Source: Anaerolineales bacterium | Lineage (GTDB): Bacteria; Chloroflexota; Anaerolineae; Anaerolineales; UBA11579 | DNA: 64,000 nucleotides | Direction of reading: 5' to 3' | NCBI GenBank assembly: GCA_050115475.1 | Contig: JASFQL010000009.1 | Span: 20,613-84,612 of the forward strand | Shown here: positions 40,381-50,356 of the stretch, piece by piece | How positions within the stretch are numbered: position 1 is the first letter of the stretch | Layout of the letters: each line of letters opens with the position of its first letter | Notes under the pieces: generated by a model | The model's database searches: none | Told to the model about the DNA's origin: nothing | The model's input: only the letters and a program-made list of their open reading frames with translations | Translations under genes and position numbers: made by a program

Positions 40381-41811
40381 GTGAAAATGTCACTGTTAGA
40401 AAGATTGGGAAAAAACCAGGAACCAGAAAAGCGTTCTGAATCAAGTGGTCAGCAAGGGGAAACACGACTTGGTGACGGATCGGGGGGTTCGCGCCTTTCG
40501 TCATTGCAGTCTCGAAGGTCTGCTTCACAAAGGAAAGACACGAAACTGGATCTTTATTCTGACCTGAAAACTCGCATTCAAAACAGACTCTATGGAGAGG
40601 TGGACTTAGAGACGGACGTGACTCGTGTGGATGAGATACGGAAGACTATCCTCAATATCTTCGAGGAAACGTTATCAAGAGAGAGAATTGTACTAAGCCG
40701 GCAAGAAAAACACCGTCTCTTTGAAGCGATCGCCGCTGAGATTATTGGCTATGGTCCTTTGCAGCCCTTCCTTGAGGATGAGTCAATAACGGAGATAATG
40801 GTCAACGGGGCGAAGAATATTTATATTGAACGTAAAGGTAAACTGGTCCGTGTGCCAACATCTTTTGATAGCGATGATCATGTAAAACGGATTATCAGCC
40901 GGATCGTATCTCCTTTGGGACGCCGGATTGATGAATCCAGCCCATTTGTGGACGCTCGTTTGCCTGATGGCTCCCGTGTAAACGCAGTGATACCACCCAT
41001 ATCCCTGGTTGGACCATCGCTTACCATACGAATATTCTCCAAAGTGCCAATTACATTCGAACAGCTAGTAGAATGGGGTTCTATCACACCAGAATGTTTG
41101 GAATTCCTCAAGGCCTGTGTTAAAAACCGCCTGAACATAATTATTTCGGGGGGCACCGGCTCTGGTAAGACCACTTTTCTCAATATTTTATCCAGCTTCA
41201 TCCCTAGTGAGGAAAGAATCGTCACTATTGAGAATGCAGCTGAGCTTCAATTGCGGCAGGAGCATGTGATTACTCTTGAATCTCGACCACCCAATATCGA
41301 AGAAGAAGGTGAAGTTACCATCCAGGACCTGGTGGTAAATTCACTACATATGCGTCCCGACCGAATCGTGGTCGGTGAGATCCGTGATGGCGCTGCTTTG
41401 GCCATGCTCCAGGCGATGAACACCGGCCATGATGGCTCAATGACGACTGCCCACTCCAACTCGCCCCGCGATACTATTGCGCGCATCGAGACGATGACCC
41501 TTATGGCCGGGGTTGACCTTCCCATGCGAGCCATTCGCGAACAAATCGCATCAGCAATCGATTTGATCTGCCACACAGACCGGCTGCAGGATGGCACACG
41601 GAAGGTCACATATGTTACTGAAGTTGAAGGTATGGAAGGCGATGTCATTACCCTGACCGATATTTTCGCTTTCGAGCAGACAGGGTACGAGGACGGCAAG
41701 GTGATGGGGCGCCTACGCCCAACGGGGTTGCGGCCCAAGTGCATGGATGTCATTGAAGCTGCCGGCACCCGCCTTTCCCCAAAAATCTTCGGGCTTGGCA
41801 GCCGCCAATAA
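40381..41811 (+). CDS. cpaF: CpaF/TadA-family type II/IV secretion ATPase (standalone)
   Basis: ITEIMVNGAKNIYIERKGKL, Walker A GGTGSGKTTFLN, Asp/His boxes (DRIVVGEIRDGAA...HDGSMTTAHSNS). Confidence 0.85.
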   Translation: MKMSLLERLGKNQEPEKRSESSGQQGETRLGDGSGGSRLSSLQSRRSASQRKDTKLDLYSDLKTRIQNRLYGEVDLETDVTRVDEIRKTILNIFEETLSRERIVLSRQEKHRLFEAIAAEIIGYGPLQPFLEDESITEIMVNGAKNIYIERKGKLVRVPTSFDSDDHVKRIISRIVSPLGRRIDESSPFVDARLPDGSRVNAVIPPISLVGPSLTIRIFSKVPITFEQLVEWGSITPECLEFLKACVKNRLNIIISGGTGSGKTTFLNILSSFIPSEERIVTIENAAELQLRQEHVITLESRPPNIEEEGEVTIQDLVVNSLHMRPDRIVVGEIRDGAALAMLQAMNTGHDGSMTTAHSNSPRDTIARIETMTLMAGVDLPMRAIREQIASAIDLICHTDRLQDGTRKVTYVTEVEGMEGDVITLTDIFAFEQTGYEDGKVMGRLRPTGLRPKCMDVIEAAGTRLSPKIFGLGSRQ

Positions 41812-41924
41812 GTAATTTGTTTGGGGGTAAATGACAAGAACTCCTTGAAAAACTAAAAGAAACACTTCCTCCCCCCTTTCCTTCATATACATCTCTATCC
41901 TTTACGATCAAATCAGAATCCTTA

Positions 41925-43442
41925 TCAGGGGCAGTAAACCTCTTGGCCAGGTTTGCAATATTCTGTATTCCCACCCACCATCGTCATCAAGACCACATTA
42001 TCCATGAGGTCGTCAGGATCGGCTAAGAGCGGGTTTTTATCTATGATAATCAAATCCGCAAATTTGTCCGGTTCAATGCTGCCCAGATATTCTTCCTGAG
42101 AAACCGCGTAAGCCGGTTCAATCGTCATCATTGCCAGCGCCAATTTAGTCGAGATAGCATGGTCTGAAGATACAACCGGAGGGGGATCACAGATGTTACC
42201 GATGTTGTTTTGATCACGTTGCTTGAGTGTGACCAGACCCCACAAATTGACAAAGGGATCGAACGGCTTGTAAATCCACCGACCCCAGCCAAAATCGGTT
42301 TCCAGGTATGTATGGACACCCAGCCCCGGTAGTGCATATCTGTTGAGAAACATTTCCCAATCGTATCCATAAGAATAGCATGAATGGAAATGCCCCCGAA
42401 TGGAACTCAACACGCCCATTTCTACGTATCGATTCAACATAGCCTCGTCCCGGATCAAGGTGCTGTGCTGTATCTGGTGGCGGAAGTGATCGTTCGACTG
42501 ACCGTCCAGCGCGTATTCGATCGCATCAAGCGTATCTTCGATAGCCTGATCTCCCACGGCGTGGAAAGCGACGCGGTATCCCGCCGCCTGGGCATCCGCC
42601 ACAACTTGGTTGAGTGTCAACCCATGATAAAGAAAAGTATGTTCTCCATGGATGTGATTAAAATACAAATCACCATACTCGCTAAAACAACATTCTTGGA
42701 ACCATTCTTCCTGCTGGCGTTCCTCGGAATAGGGTTCGCTCATGGCAGCGCAGCCGCGCCCGGGAGAATTTCCCCCATCCACAAAGACCTTGATTCCGGG
42801 AATCCGTACCATACGGTCATGGTCGAGAATGGGATTATTTGCTGGATACCATTCCTCGGTGATCAAAGTCTCGCCATCTTCGTTCAGTACCCCTTCGTTA
42901 TACATAGGGAAAATATTCAGTCGAATACGAAGTTCGCCATTCGACTCTGCCGTTAGCATATCGTCGATATACTCCTCATATCCGGCCATCTCGGTCATTG
43001 AAGTATAGCCATACATGAGGGCAAACTCTTGTGCTCCCTCCAGGTTCACACGTCCCATATTTTGCGACAAAAAATGATTATGCCCATCGGCAAATCCCGG
43101 CATAAGTGTTTTCCCCTGGAGGTCGATCGTGATGGTATTCTCCCATTGATGGTCGAGGATTTCTTCATCGGATCCAACCGCCAAGATTTTGTTCCCCTTG
43201 ATTGCCACAGCTTCCGCCATGGAGAAGTTATCATCGATGGTCAAGACTGTGCCGTTGTAGAAGATGATCGAGGCAGCCTGTGCAATTGGTTGAAGTTCTA
43301 ATTGCGCTGAATTTGCATCAGGGGTGGGTGCGCCCCATTCAAAATCTTCATAAGGGGCGGTTGTTGCCTCTCCAGGGCCGCATCCTGTAAAGGACAGGAC
43401 GCATAGGATAGATAAAACACAAAGATAAACGAGCTTATTCAT
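41925..43442 (-). CDS. Amidohydrolase-family (Amidohydro_3-like) metal-dependent hydrolase, lipoprotein
   Basis: LMPGFADGHNHF metal-binding motif. Signal peptide with lipobox (SFTGC). Start placed at MNKLVYL; the ORF track extends to 43493. Confidence 0.7.
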   Translation of the reverse strand: MNKLVYLCVLSILCVLSFTGCGPGEATTAPYEDFEWGAPTPDANSAQLELQPIAQAASIIFYNGTVLTIDDNFSMAEAVAIKGNKILAVGSDEEILDHQWENTITIDLQGKTLMPGFADGHNHFLSQNMGRVNLEGAQEFALMYGYTSMTEMAGYEEYIDDMLTAESNGELRIRLNIFPMYNEGVLNEDGETLITEEWYPANNPILDHDRMVRIPGIKVFVDGGNSPGRGCAAMSEPYSEERQQEEWFQECCFSEYGDLYFNHIHGEHTFLYHGLTLNQVVADAQAAGYRVAFHAVGDQAIEDTLDAIEYALDGQSNDHFRHQIQHSTLIRDEAMLNRYVEMGVLSSIRGHFHSCYSYGYDWEMFLNRYALPGLGVHTYLETDFGWGRWIYKPFDPFVNLWGLVTLKQRDQNNIGNICDPPPVVSSDHAISTKLALAMMTIEPAYAVSQEEYLGSIEPDKFADLIIIDKNPLLADPDDLMDNVVLMTMVGGNTEYCKPGQEVYCP

Positions 43443-43686
43443 AGGTTTTCCTCCACAAAGACAGCATAAGTTACCCACCAAACAAAAGCTCACTAAACCT
43501 GTTAGTGAGCTTCAATGACTTCACGCTATGATATTGCTATAAGGTTGCCGTGAGAAAAAAGAATCGTGACTAATTTGCATTATACAGCGAAATACTTATT
43601 TTGCGATATCAGTTCCTTCTTGCCGACCTTATATATCCATGATTCCTCAAAATAAATCCACCTCCCAAATGTGATATCCTTGAGTC

Positions 43687-44568
43687 ATGCCTGTGCAGAA
43701 AACTTTCACCGCCCCGCGTTGGGAGAGCTACGCACTCCTCGACAGCGGGAAAGGGCGCAAACTGGAGCAGTTTGGGCCATACCGCCTGGTGCGTCCCGAG
43801 CCGCGGGCCGTCTGGCGCCCCGCCCTACCTGAGAGTGAGTGGACAAAAACAGAAGCAGAGTATATCCCCAATGAAGTGGGCGGTGGGGGTGAATGGGTCT
43901 TCAGGGAGGAGATCGAAACCAAATGGGCGATGAATTACCGGGGACTGCGGTTCTGGTGCCAGGTGGATGTCTCCAAGCAGGTGGGCGTCTTCCCGGAGAA
44001 TGCCGTCCATTGGGACTGGATCGAGGAATTGGTCTGGGGTGCAGGGCAGCGAATCCGTGTCCTAAACCTGTTCGGGTATACCGGGTTAGCGAGTCTGGCT
44101 TCTGCCCGCGCCGGCGCGGCGGTGACCCACGTTGACGCATCCCAAAGGGCTGTCCGATTGGGACGGGAAAATCAGGTTTTGAATGGTCTCGAAGATCGCC
44201 CCATTCGCTGGATCGTCGAAGACGCCTTTACATACACCCGCCGGGAGGTGAAGCGCGGCAGCCGCTACGAAGGGCTAATCCTTGACCCGCCCAAGTACGG
44301 GCTAGGACCCAAGAAGGAGCGCTGGGAGTTCTTTAAAGGTTTTGGGACGCTGTGCGAAACCCTAGGGGAAGTGCTGAGTGATTCTCCACTATTCATGGTC
44401 GTAACCGCTTACGCCCTGGAACGATCACCCGAAGTCCTTGTTCCTTATATCGAAGCGATGATGAAAGGCTTCGGTGGGAAATTGGAATACGGGGATTTAG
44501 TCAGTACCGAAGTGAGTGCCGGCAGAAAGATCAGCCAGGCTATCACGGCACGCTGGAAGGCTGGATAA
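43687..44568 (+). CDS. Class I SAM-dependent methyltransferase (RlmI/YccW-like rRNA methyltransferase family)
   Basis: VLNLFGYTGLASLASARAGAAVTHVDAS (SAM motif I) and ILDPPKYG (motif IV). 4 nt before the pseudouridine synthase gene. Confidence 0.6.
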   Translation: MPVQKTFTAPRWESYALLDSGKGRKLEQFGPYRLVRPEPRAVWRPALPESEWTKTEAEYIPNEVGGGGEWVFREEIETKWAMNYRGLRFWCQVDVSKQVGVFPENAVHWDWIEELVWGAGQRIRVLNLFGYTGLASLASARAGAAVTHVDASQRAVRLGRENQVLNGLEDRPIRWIVEDAFTYTRREVKRGSRYEGLILDPPKYGLGPKKERWEFFKGFGTLCETLGEVLSDSPLFMVVTAYALERSPEVLVPYIEAMMKGFGGKLEYGDLVSTEVSAGRKISQAITARWKAG

Positions 44569-44571
44569 ATC

Positions 44572-45465
44572 TTGGGTGAAAAAGTCGAATTTGTGGTGAA
44601 GGGATTGGGGGCATCAACTCGCCTGGATAAAGTCCTGAGGGCGCAGTTCCCCCATTGGGGACGACGGGCAATAAAAACCACCCTGAACGCCCGGAAAGTG
44701 AAGGTCAACAGGAAAACCGTCTGGCTGGGCTCATGGGAGGTGATGGATGGAGATCAGATCACCGTCACCGACCCACCCAAAGACAAGCCCCGTATCCTAA
44801 AGACCTTCGATAGTGCCTGGATCGTGGCCGAAGAAGAAGACCTCATCATCGTGAACAAACCCGCCGGGCTGCGCTCTCAGGCGACCCGCGCCGGGGGTGG
44901 TGGGAACCTTCTTTCTCTGGCGGAAACACGTTTCGGGGAAGTGCACCTCTTTCACCGCCTGGACCGGGACACGTCCGGGATATGTCTGCTGACCCGCCCC
45001 GGCCCCATGAACGCTTATCTCGACCGGGCTTTCAAGGAAGGAACGGTTGAAAAGGAATACCTGGCTGTGGTGAAGGGAGGTAATCGCCTGGATATACAAG
45101 GCGTTATCTCCACCCGTATGGACACTGACCCCAAACGCCGGGACAGGATGGTGGTAGTCGAAAAGGGAGGGAAACACGCCGAGACCCGTTATAAGGTCAT
45201 CGAAAGCCGGGATAAGAGGACATTGGTAGGATTGTGGCCGGTGACCGGCCGCACACACCAGTTGCGCGTCCACATGCAATACTTAGGTACGCCTATCCTG
45301 GGAGACCTTTTGTACGGCGGCGGGGAAGAAGAAGCCCCCCGATTGATACTCCACGCCTACAAGATTGTTTTACCGGAAGGGGATGGCTTTCCAAAGAGGA
45401 AGTATCAGGCGGAAGTGCCGGATGATTTTCCGGGGGAATTCAAGCATATATACGTAGACAGATAA
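44572..45465 (+). CDS. RluA-family pseudouridine synthase (RluD-like, with S4 domain)
   Basis: HRLDRDTSGICLL catalytic motif and an N-terminal S4-like region (STRLDKVL). Confidence 0.8.
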   Translation: MGEKVEFVVKGLGASTRLDKVLRAQFPHWGRRAIKTTLNARKVKVNRKTVWLGSWEVMDGDQITVTDPPKDKPRILKTFDSAWIVAEEEDLIIVNKPAGLRSQATRAGGGGNLLSLAETRFGEVHLFHRLDRDTSGICLLTRPGPMNAYLDRAFKEGTVEKEYLAVVKGGNRLDIQGVISTRMDTDPKRRDRMVVVEKGGKHAETRYKVIESRDKRTLVGLWPVTGRTHQLRVHMQYLGTPILGDLLYGGGEEEAPRLILHAYKIVLPEGDGFPKRKYQAEVPDDFPGEFKHIYVDR

Positions 45466-45507
45466 TAGACATTTATCTATTCTAAATAAGCCTTCTCTTT
45501 TGAAATG

Positions 45508-46245
45508 TTAGCTTTCTTTTCCCAACCGGAAAAGGTCCCGGGCGACCAATATGAACCAAATCAAATACAGCGTCCCGGCGATCATCATAATGATTTCCCC
45601 GGCCTGTGGGGAAAAAGCGCCAACGATAAAGTGAGAGATATCAAGCCCATACGTGATAATACCCACAACGGCAGTTCCCTTGCTGAAGACACCGCTGTAC
45701 AACATGATGACCGACAAAGCCAACTCAGCGATAAACAAAAGGATACCGCCAAGCATGGCCCCGGTGCCATGCCACATATCTGAAGCGAGAAGCACCTCTC
45801 CGGCCGCCAACAACTGCGATTGTTCGGCAGCTGTCGTCGCTGCTGCATATTGATCGCTCAGTGGGATCAAAGAAAAGACAGATGGGGTCGCCAGAAAAAG
45901 TGTAATACCTGCAAAAGCGAGAAGGGCGGCAAGCGTCGTGTATGATACGTGGTTTTTCCTAAGTGCAATACATATACTCAAGAACAGTGGATAGTATAGG
46001 GGGATGAAGATGACTGTTAACACATCCATGCGCAGCAGGCCGATGATCCTATTCTCCTGCAATAGATCGAAAATTTCAGAGACGGTTTCAGGTTGAAATC
46101 CAATCGAAAAGGCGATTATCAAGGTAGTCAATGAATACACGATGAAGATCAAGGCGGCGATACCGCCGATACGATAAAGGGGTTTCCAATTTGTATCCAT
46201 ATTAGTTTTCATTTCTCCTCTGGTTATTTTTGAGGGGCAGCCCAA
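45508..46245 (-). CDS. Integral membrane protein (about 6 TM), unknown function
   Basis: Hydrophobicity pattern only. Confidence 0.5.
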   Translation of the reverse strand: MGCPSKITRGEMKTNMDTNWKPLYRIGGIAALIFIVYSLTTLIIAFSIGFQPETVSEIFDLLQENRIIGLLRMDVLTVIFIPLYYPLFLSICIALRKNHVSYTTLAALLAFAGITLFLATPSVFSLIPLSDQYAAATTAAEQSQLLAAGEVLLASDMWHGTGAMLGGILLFIAELALSVIMLYSGVFSKGTAVVGIITYGLDISHFIVGAFSPQAGEIIMMIAGTLYLIWFILVARDLFRLGKES

Positions 46246-46362
46246 ATTTAGGGGTTTTATAGCAGCTTGCCTATATCTTCCACTGTACTAAATATGGTAA
46301 TAAAGCCAATCAATGCCTATCCTTTTCGCGTCCGAGTGGTTATTTCTAGAAAAACCTCACCT

Positions 46363-46953
46363 CTACCCTTCAGTTTCCTTTTCTCCCTCCAAGCGCCAAT
46401 AGATGCCTTTCTCCCTGGCCATCAGTTTGTGGTCGATCAACATTCGGCGCAGTGAAGCCACGTCTTCGTGGAACTCTAATAACATCTGGTTGACCTGCTT
46501 CTCCGTGTACCGCTGGTCGGGTTCGAACTCATCCGCCAGCTTCTCCAGGATTATCAACTGCTTCTTATACTGCGCCGGGATCTGGACGAGCTGCCCATGC
46601 TTGAAAAAGCTCCGCAGCACTTTCTTGCGGTAGGCATCCTCTTCCACCCCCACGGATAAATCCATTTGGGGGATGTGGACGACTTCCTGCAACGACCTGT
46701 CCAGCACGCGCCTGACGAGGGAATAGGTCTGGTAATATTGGTCCTTTTTGGCGGTCAGCAGTCCTGCTTCGGTGAGTTTGCCGAGGTGATGGGAGATAGT
46801 CGCCGGTTTGAGGCGCAGGATCTCGGCAAGCTCTTCCCCGTGCCTGGGCTTCATCTTGATCAGGTTGAGGATCAGCAGACGGGCAGGGTGCCCCAATGCT
46901 TTAAAGAGCTGCGCTCTGGCTTCCAGATTCTCTTCGGACGTGGTTTTACTCAT
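46363..46953 (-). CDS. ArsR-family transcriptional regulator with a C-terminal DUF2087-like domain
   Basis: LFKALGHPARLLILNLI...GEELAEILRLKPATISHHLGKLTEAGLL (ArsR HTH). Confidence 0.7.
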   Translation of the reverse strand: MSKTTSEENLEARAQLFKALGHPARLLILNLIKMKPRHGEELAEILRLKPATISHHLGKLTEAGLLTAKKDQYYQTYSLVRRVLDRSLQEVVHIPQMDLSVGVEEDAYRKKVLRSFFKHGQLVQIPAQYKKQLIILEKLADEFEPDQRYTEKQVNQMLLEFHEDVASLRRMLIDHKLMAREKGIYWRLEGEKETEG

Positions 46954-47227
46954 CCCAGGCGCTCCTTCCCATCACTCGAGTATAGGCCTGGTTGAAGACG
47001 CCCCGCGCAAACCGGATGGTCTCCAGCTTGATCTGTTCTTTGACCAGCGACTCCTTATCGCTCATGGCTTTGTACATCTCCAGGTCCTTTTGTCCACTTT
47101 CCAGGACTTGCCCTGTGACCATGTCGAAAGCCCTGGCGACCTTCTCGAGCTCCGATAAATCAGATTCAAAGATGTGCATATACTGCTCATGTTCGCTGCA
47201 AAATTCCGTGTTGCCTCTTCCTTCCAT
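46946..47227 (-). CDS. Small hypothetical protein, co-transcribed with the ArsR-family regulator (8-nt overlap)
   Basis: 93-aa ORF, no motif. Confidence 0.4.
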   Translation of the reverse strand: MEGRGNTEFCSEHEQYMHIFESDLSELEKVARAFDMVTGQVLESGQKDLEMYKAMSDKESLVKEQIKLETIRFARGVFNQAYTRVMGRSAWDE

Positions 47228-47501
47228 TTGAAATACCTCGAATTAATATTGATTTTCTATTTTGATATCCTGCTAATCAGATTGTATCCTCTATTTTGAC
47301 ATTTGTCAAATCATTTTTAGAGGAATTAAAGGGTAGGCTTTCACATTCCATACCTGTTTATGATTGACGCAAAAGAAATTCGTCTTTACAATCAAGAGGA
47401 ACAATCAGGATGCCAAAAGTTAGGGCATCGAAAAACCCGCAGACGGGTGTAACGTTTCCCCCAAACCCCCGTCATAACTACTAGAAAATATCGAACACAG
47501 A

Positions 47502-48050
47502 ATGACCATCCCAGACGCAAAATTAGTCGATCAGGCTGCCAAAGGTGATAAAGGCGCTTTTGGAAATTTGTACGAACGTTATCTGGATGAAATTTACCGT
47601 TATGTTTTTTTCCGGCTGTTCAACCACCAGGAGGCTGAAGACCTGACCGAAATGACTTTCCTCAAAGCCTGGGAAGCACTGCCCAAGAGCCGGAAGAAGA
47701 TAAAAAATTTCCGGGCATGGATTTACAGGATCGCACACAACCTTATCGTTGATGAGATTCGGAAAAATCACCCGGAAATGCTGGAAGACAATGCCGTGTT
47801 TCAAGATAACAATTTCAACATTGAAAACCTCGTAGAGAGGGAACAGGAGAACCAGACTTTGGTACGTGCAATCGCCCAATTGGAGAATAATTACCGCCAG
47901 GTCATCGTATTGAGATTCTTCAACCAGATCAGCCATGCAGAAGCGGCTGAAATCCTCGACATCGATGAAGGCCACGTGAGAGTACTCCAATACCGCGGCT
48001 TGAAAAGACTGCGAAAATTATTGGAAAAGGGATCGGCCGATGACGGATAA
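47502..48050 (+). CDS. ECF-type RNA polymerase sigma factor
   Basis: Region 2 (FGNLYERYLDEIYRYVFFRL...EAEDLTEMTFLKAWEAL) and region 4 (SHAEAAEILDIDEGHVRVLQYRGLKRLR). Confidence 0.8.
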   Translation: MTIPDAKLVDQAAKGDKGAFGNLYERYLDEIYRYVFFRLFNHQEAEDLTEMTFLKAWEALPKSRKKIKNFRAWIYRIAHNLIVDEIRKNHPEMLEDNAVFQDNNFNIENLVEREQENQTLVRAIAQLENNYRQVIVLRFFNQISHAEAAEILDIDEGHVRVLQYRGLKRLRKLLEKGSADDG

Positions 48051-49230
48051 ACAGATTTCAAAACTATTCGCTGAATGCCTGGAAGCGATTGAAAAACGAG
48101 GGGCCACCGTCGAACAGTGTCTGGCCCGTTATCCCGCGCACCGAGACGAACTGCGTGAACTGCTCTCCACATTCCAAACGATTCAAGACTCCCCTCCCAT
48201 CTCCCCCCGCCCGGTTTTTCGACAAGTCGCCCGGATAAGATTGGAAAACCTTTTACCCGATCACCCCCAACCTGTAACGTTTTCACGTTCTATCCGTCGT
48301 AAGGGTCGTAAGGAACGAACCGGAAAACAATCTTATCGAAGGAGATTATCAATGAATTGGTTACTTATCATAGCATTTACGGCTTCTTTATTTGCCGGGG
48401 GGACCGGCGTTGCCTATGCTTCTGAAGATTCTCTGCCTGGCGACACCCTCTATGGGGTTAAAAACGCCGTGGAGGATTTACAGTTGGCTTTGTCCGGAGA
48501 CGAAGGCGACGTCGACCTCTTATTGGATTTCATGGGAGAGGACATCAAAGAAATCGAAGCCCTGACCGAGATGGGCAATTACAAATGGATTGAGACGGCA
48601 CTGGACGAATATAACGAGGACATGGATCAACTCACCCAGACCCGGTCACGGATCAGCTACGAGGATGCAGGCTCCGAGGAGTCCCTCAACACTCGCATTC
48701 AAACACAGATTAGCTCTCAACTACAAGACCTGCTGCAGCTTCAAACACGTCTACAGGACCAAACCCAGATCCAGGATAAGCTGCAAGAGACCATCTGCGT
48801 CGCAGAGAACGGCGCCGGATACGGACCTGGTGAGGGTGGACCCAATGAGGAGCCCGGCAGCCCCAACGGTGCCGGCCCAGGAGAACCGCAGGGTGAAGGT
48901 CAGCAGGACCAAGATCAGCCCGGTAAGCCCGAAGACGCTGGTGGACAGAACCAGGACCCCGGCAGCGGGGGACAGGGGGAAGGTCAAGGCGCTGGACAGG
49001 GTGCTGGTCAAGGTGACGGACAGGGAGCGGGAACAGGCGATGGCGTTCCCCAGCTCGGAGGCACCTGTGATCCCACATTGGCAGGGGAAGTCGTTGAAGG
49101 CCAGAACGAAGACGGCAGCGGAGACGGCGTATACTGGACCTGTGATGGCGGGTACTGGCAGTATTACCAGGGACAGGGTGGGAACGGACAAGGACAAGGG
49201 CAAGGGCAGGGACAGGGAGGCAAGCCCTAA
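48040..49230 (+). CDS. Putative anti-sigma factor: N-terminal cytoplasmic domain, one TM helix, DUF5667-like domain, and a Gly/Gln/Pro-rich low-complexity tail
   Basis: Overlaps the sigma gene by 11 nt. TM MNWLLIIAFTASLFAGG. SEDSLPGDTLYGVKNAVEDLQLAL is DUF5667-like. C-terminus GQGEGQGAGQGAGQGDGQGAG...GQGQGQGQGQGG. Confidence 0.6.
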   Translation: MTDKQISKLFAECLEAIEKRGATVEQCLARYPAHRDELRELLSTFQTIQDSPPISPRPVFRQVARIRLENLLPDHPQPVTFSRSIRRKGRKERTGKQSYRRRLSMNWLLIIAFTASLFAGGTGVAYASEDSLPGDTLYGVKNAVEDLQLALSGDEGDVDLLLDFMGEDIKEIEALTEMGNYKWIETALDEYNEDMDQLTQTRSRISYEDAGSEESLNTRIQTQISSQLQDLLQLQTRLQDQTQIQDKLQETICVAENGAGYGPGEGGPNEEPGSPNGAGPGEPQGEGQQDQDQPGKPEDAGGQNQDPGSGGQGEGQGAGQGAGQGDGQGAGTGDGVPQLGGTCDPTLAGEVVEGQNEDGSGDGVYWTCDGGYWQYYQGQGGNGQGQGQGQGQGGKP

Positions 49231-49395
49231 TCTTATCGGTAAATTCCTTCCCTTTATATTCAAAAAACTCTAAGACCTGACGGGTTACCGTCAGGTCTTT
49301 TTTAATATTGTGTGCTATCAAATCATTATTGTGGAAGCAATATCCTGTGCTAAAATCCATCCTTAGTAAACGAAAGGAAACTCAGGGAGTTTAGC

Positions 49396-50160
49396 ATGGA
49401 ACAAAAATTCACATGGCCCGACCAGATCCAGGGCGCTGTTACACTTTCATACGATGACGGCCTTCCCGTTCATTACACATTCGTCGAACCGCTCCTGCGC
49501 CGTCACGACCTGCACGCCAGTTTCTTTCCCATGACACTGAGTGACCTGTGCCAGCAACCCGACGAGTGGAAGCGCCTTGCGGAAGCCGGCCACGAACTCG
49601 GCAACCATTCGATCTTCCATCCCTGCCGCCAGGGGGTCCCCGAGCCTTACCCCTGGCTGGACGACCGCTACGACCTCAGCCGCTACACACTCGAACACAT
49701 GCGCGCCGAACTGGAAGTGGCCAATCTTGCCCTGCACCTGCTGGATGGGCGAAGGACCCGCAGTTATGCCAGCACCTGCGGAGACATGTCCGTTGGACGG
49801 GGTGATGAGGAAGAATCTATTGAACCCCTGCTGCAAGAGTTGTTTTTCGCCGTGCGCGGGGTGATGACAAACCGGATCGTGCAGCCGGATCACGAACTAA
49901 ATTTCTTCAACGTAGGGTGCATCATGGGTGACAGGCGTCCGCTGGAAGGTTTGAAGCAGATTGTAGAACAGGCCCGTGAGAGCGGGGGATGGGCGGCCCT
50001 GGTATTCCACGGCGTGGGGGCAGGAACGCACGAACTGTACTCGGATACAGAGGTACATAAGCAGTTTATCGAGTGGTTGGCTCGACAGCAGGAAATCTGG
50101 ACGGCCCCCTTCCGGACAATCGTGCAATACATCAAGGATAACTTGCCAGCCAACACTTAG
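49396..50160 (+). CDS. Polysaccharide deacetylase family (NodB homology, CE4)
   Basis: VTLSYDDGL (TFDDG-type motif 1), HELGNHSIFH (motif 2). Confidence 0.7.
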   Translation: MEQKFTWPDQIQGAVTLSYDDGLPVHYTFVEPLLRRHDLHASFFPMTLSDLCQQPDEWKRLAEAGHELGNHSIFHPCRQGVPEPYPWLDDRYDLSRYTLEHMRAELEVANLALHLLDGRRTRSYASTCGDMSVGRGDEEESIEPLLQELFFAVRGVMTNRIVQPDHELNFFNVGCIMGDRRPLEGLKQIVEQARESGGWAALVFHGVGAGTHELYSDTEVHKQFIEWLARQQEIWTAPFRTIVQYIKDNLPANT

Positions 50161-50356
50161 ACTAACAGTGCAATCTGGGAGAAAAAGTCAGGTTATTATT
50201 ATATCGATCCCTAATTACATAATCCCCAATCAACTGATTGCCAATCCCCATACTTAATGAGACTTGTTATTTCCCATTGGTATTGTAAGATGTAGCAATC
50301 GAACCTTCTTGTTTTAAGAAAGGTCTCGATGAATAAACAGGAGGATATTTCTTACA

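Noticed and set aside
40232-40528. 98-aa minus-strand ORF in the CpaF leader / 5' end
   Set aside because: Overlaps the CpaF start. Lies in AT-rich leader sequence. Hydrophobic, low-complexity translation.
47380-47500. ECF-type autoregulated promoter (GGAAC-N16-CGTT-like) upstream of the second ECF sigma gene
   Set aside because: GGAAC at about 47399 and GTAACGTT about 50 nt downstream do not have the required 16-17-nt spacing. Not reportable without a genome-wide motif model.
48590-49360. Overlapping 170-227-aa ORFs in several frames on both strands over the anti-sigma C-terminus
   Set aside because: Caused by GC-rich GGN/CAG nucleotide repeats encoding the Gly/Gln tail. Only the frame continuous with the DUF5667-like N-terminal domain is supported.
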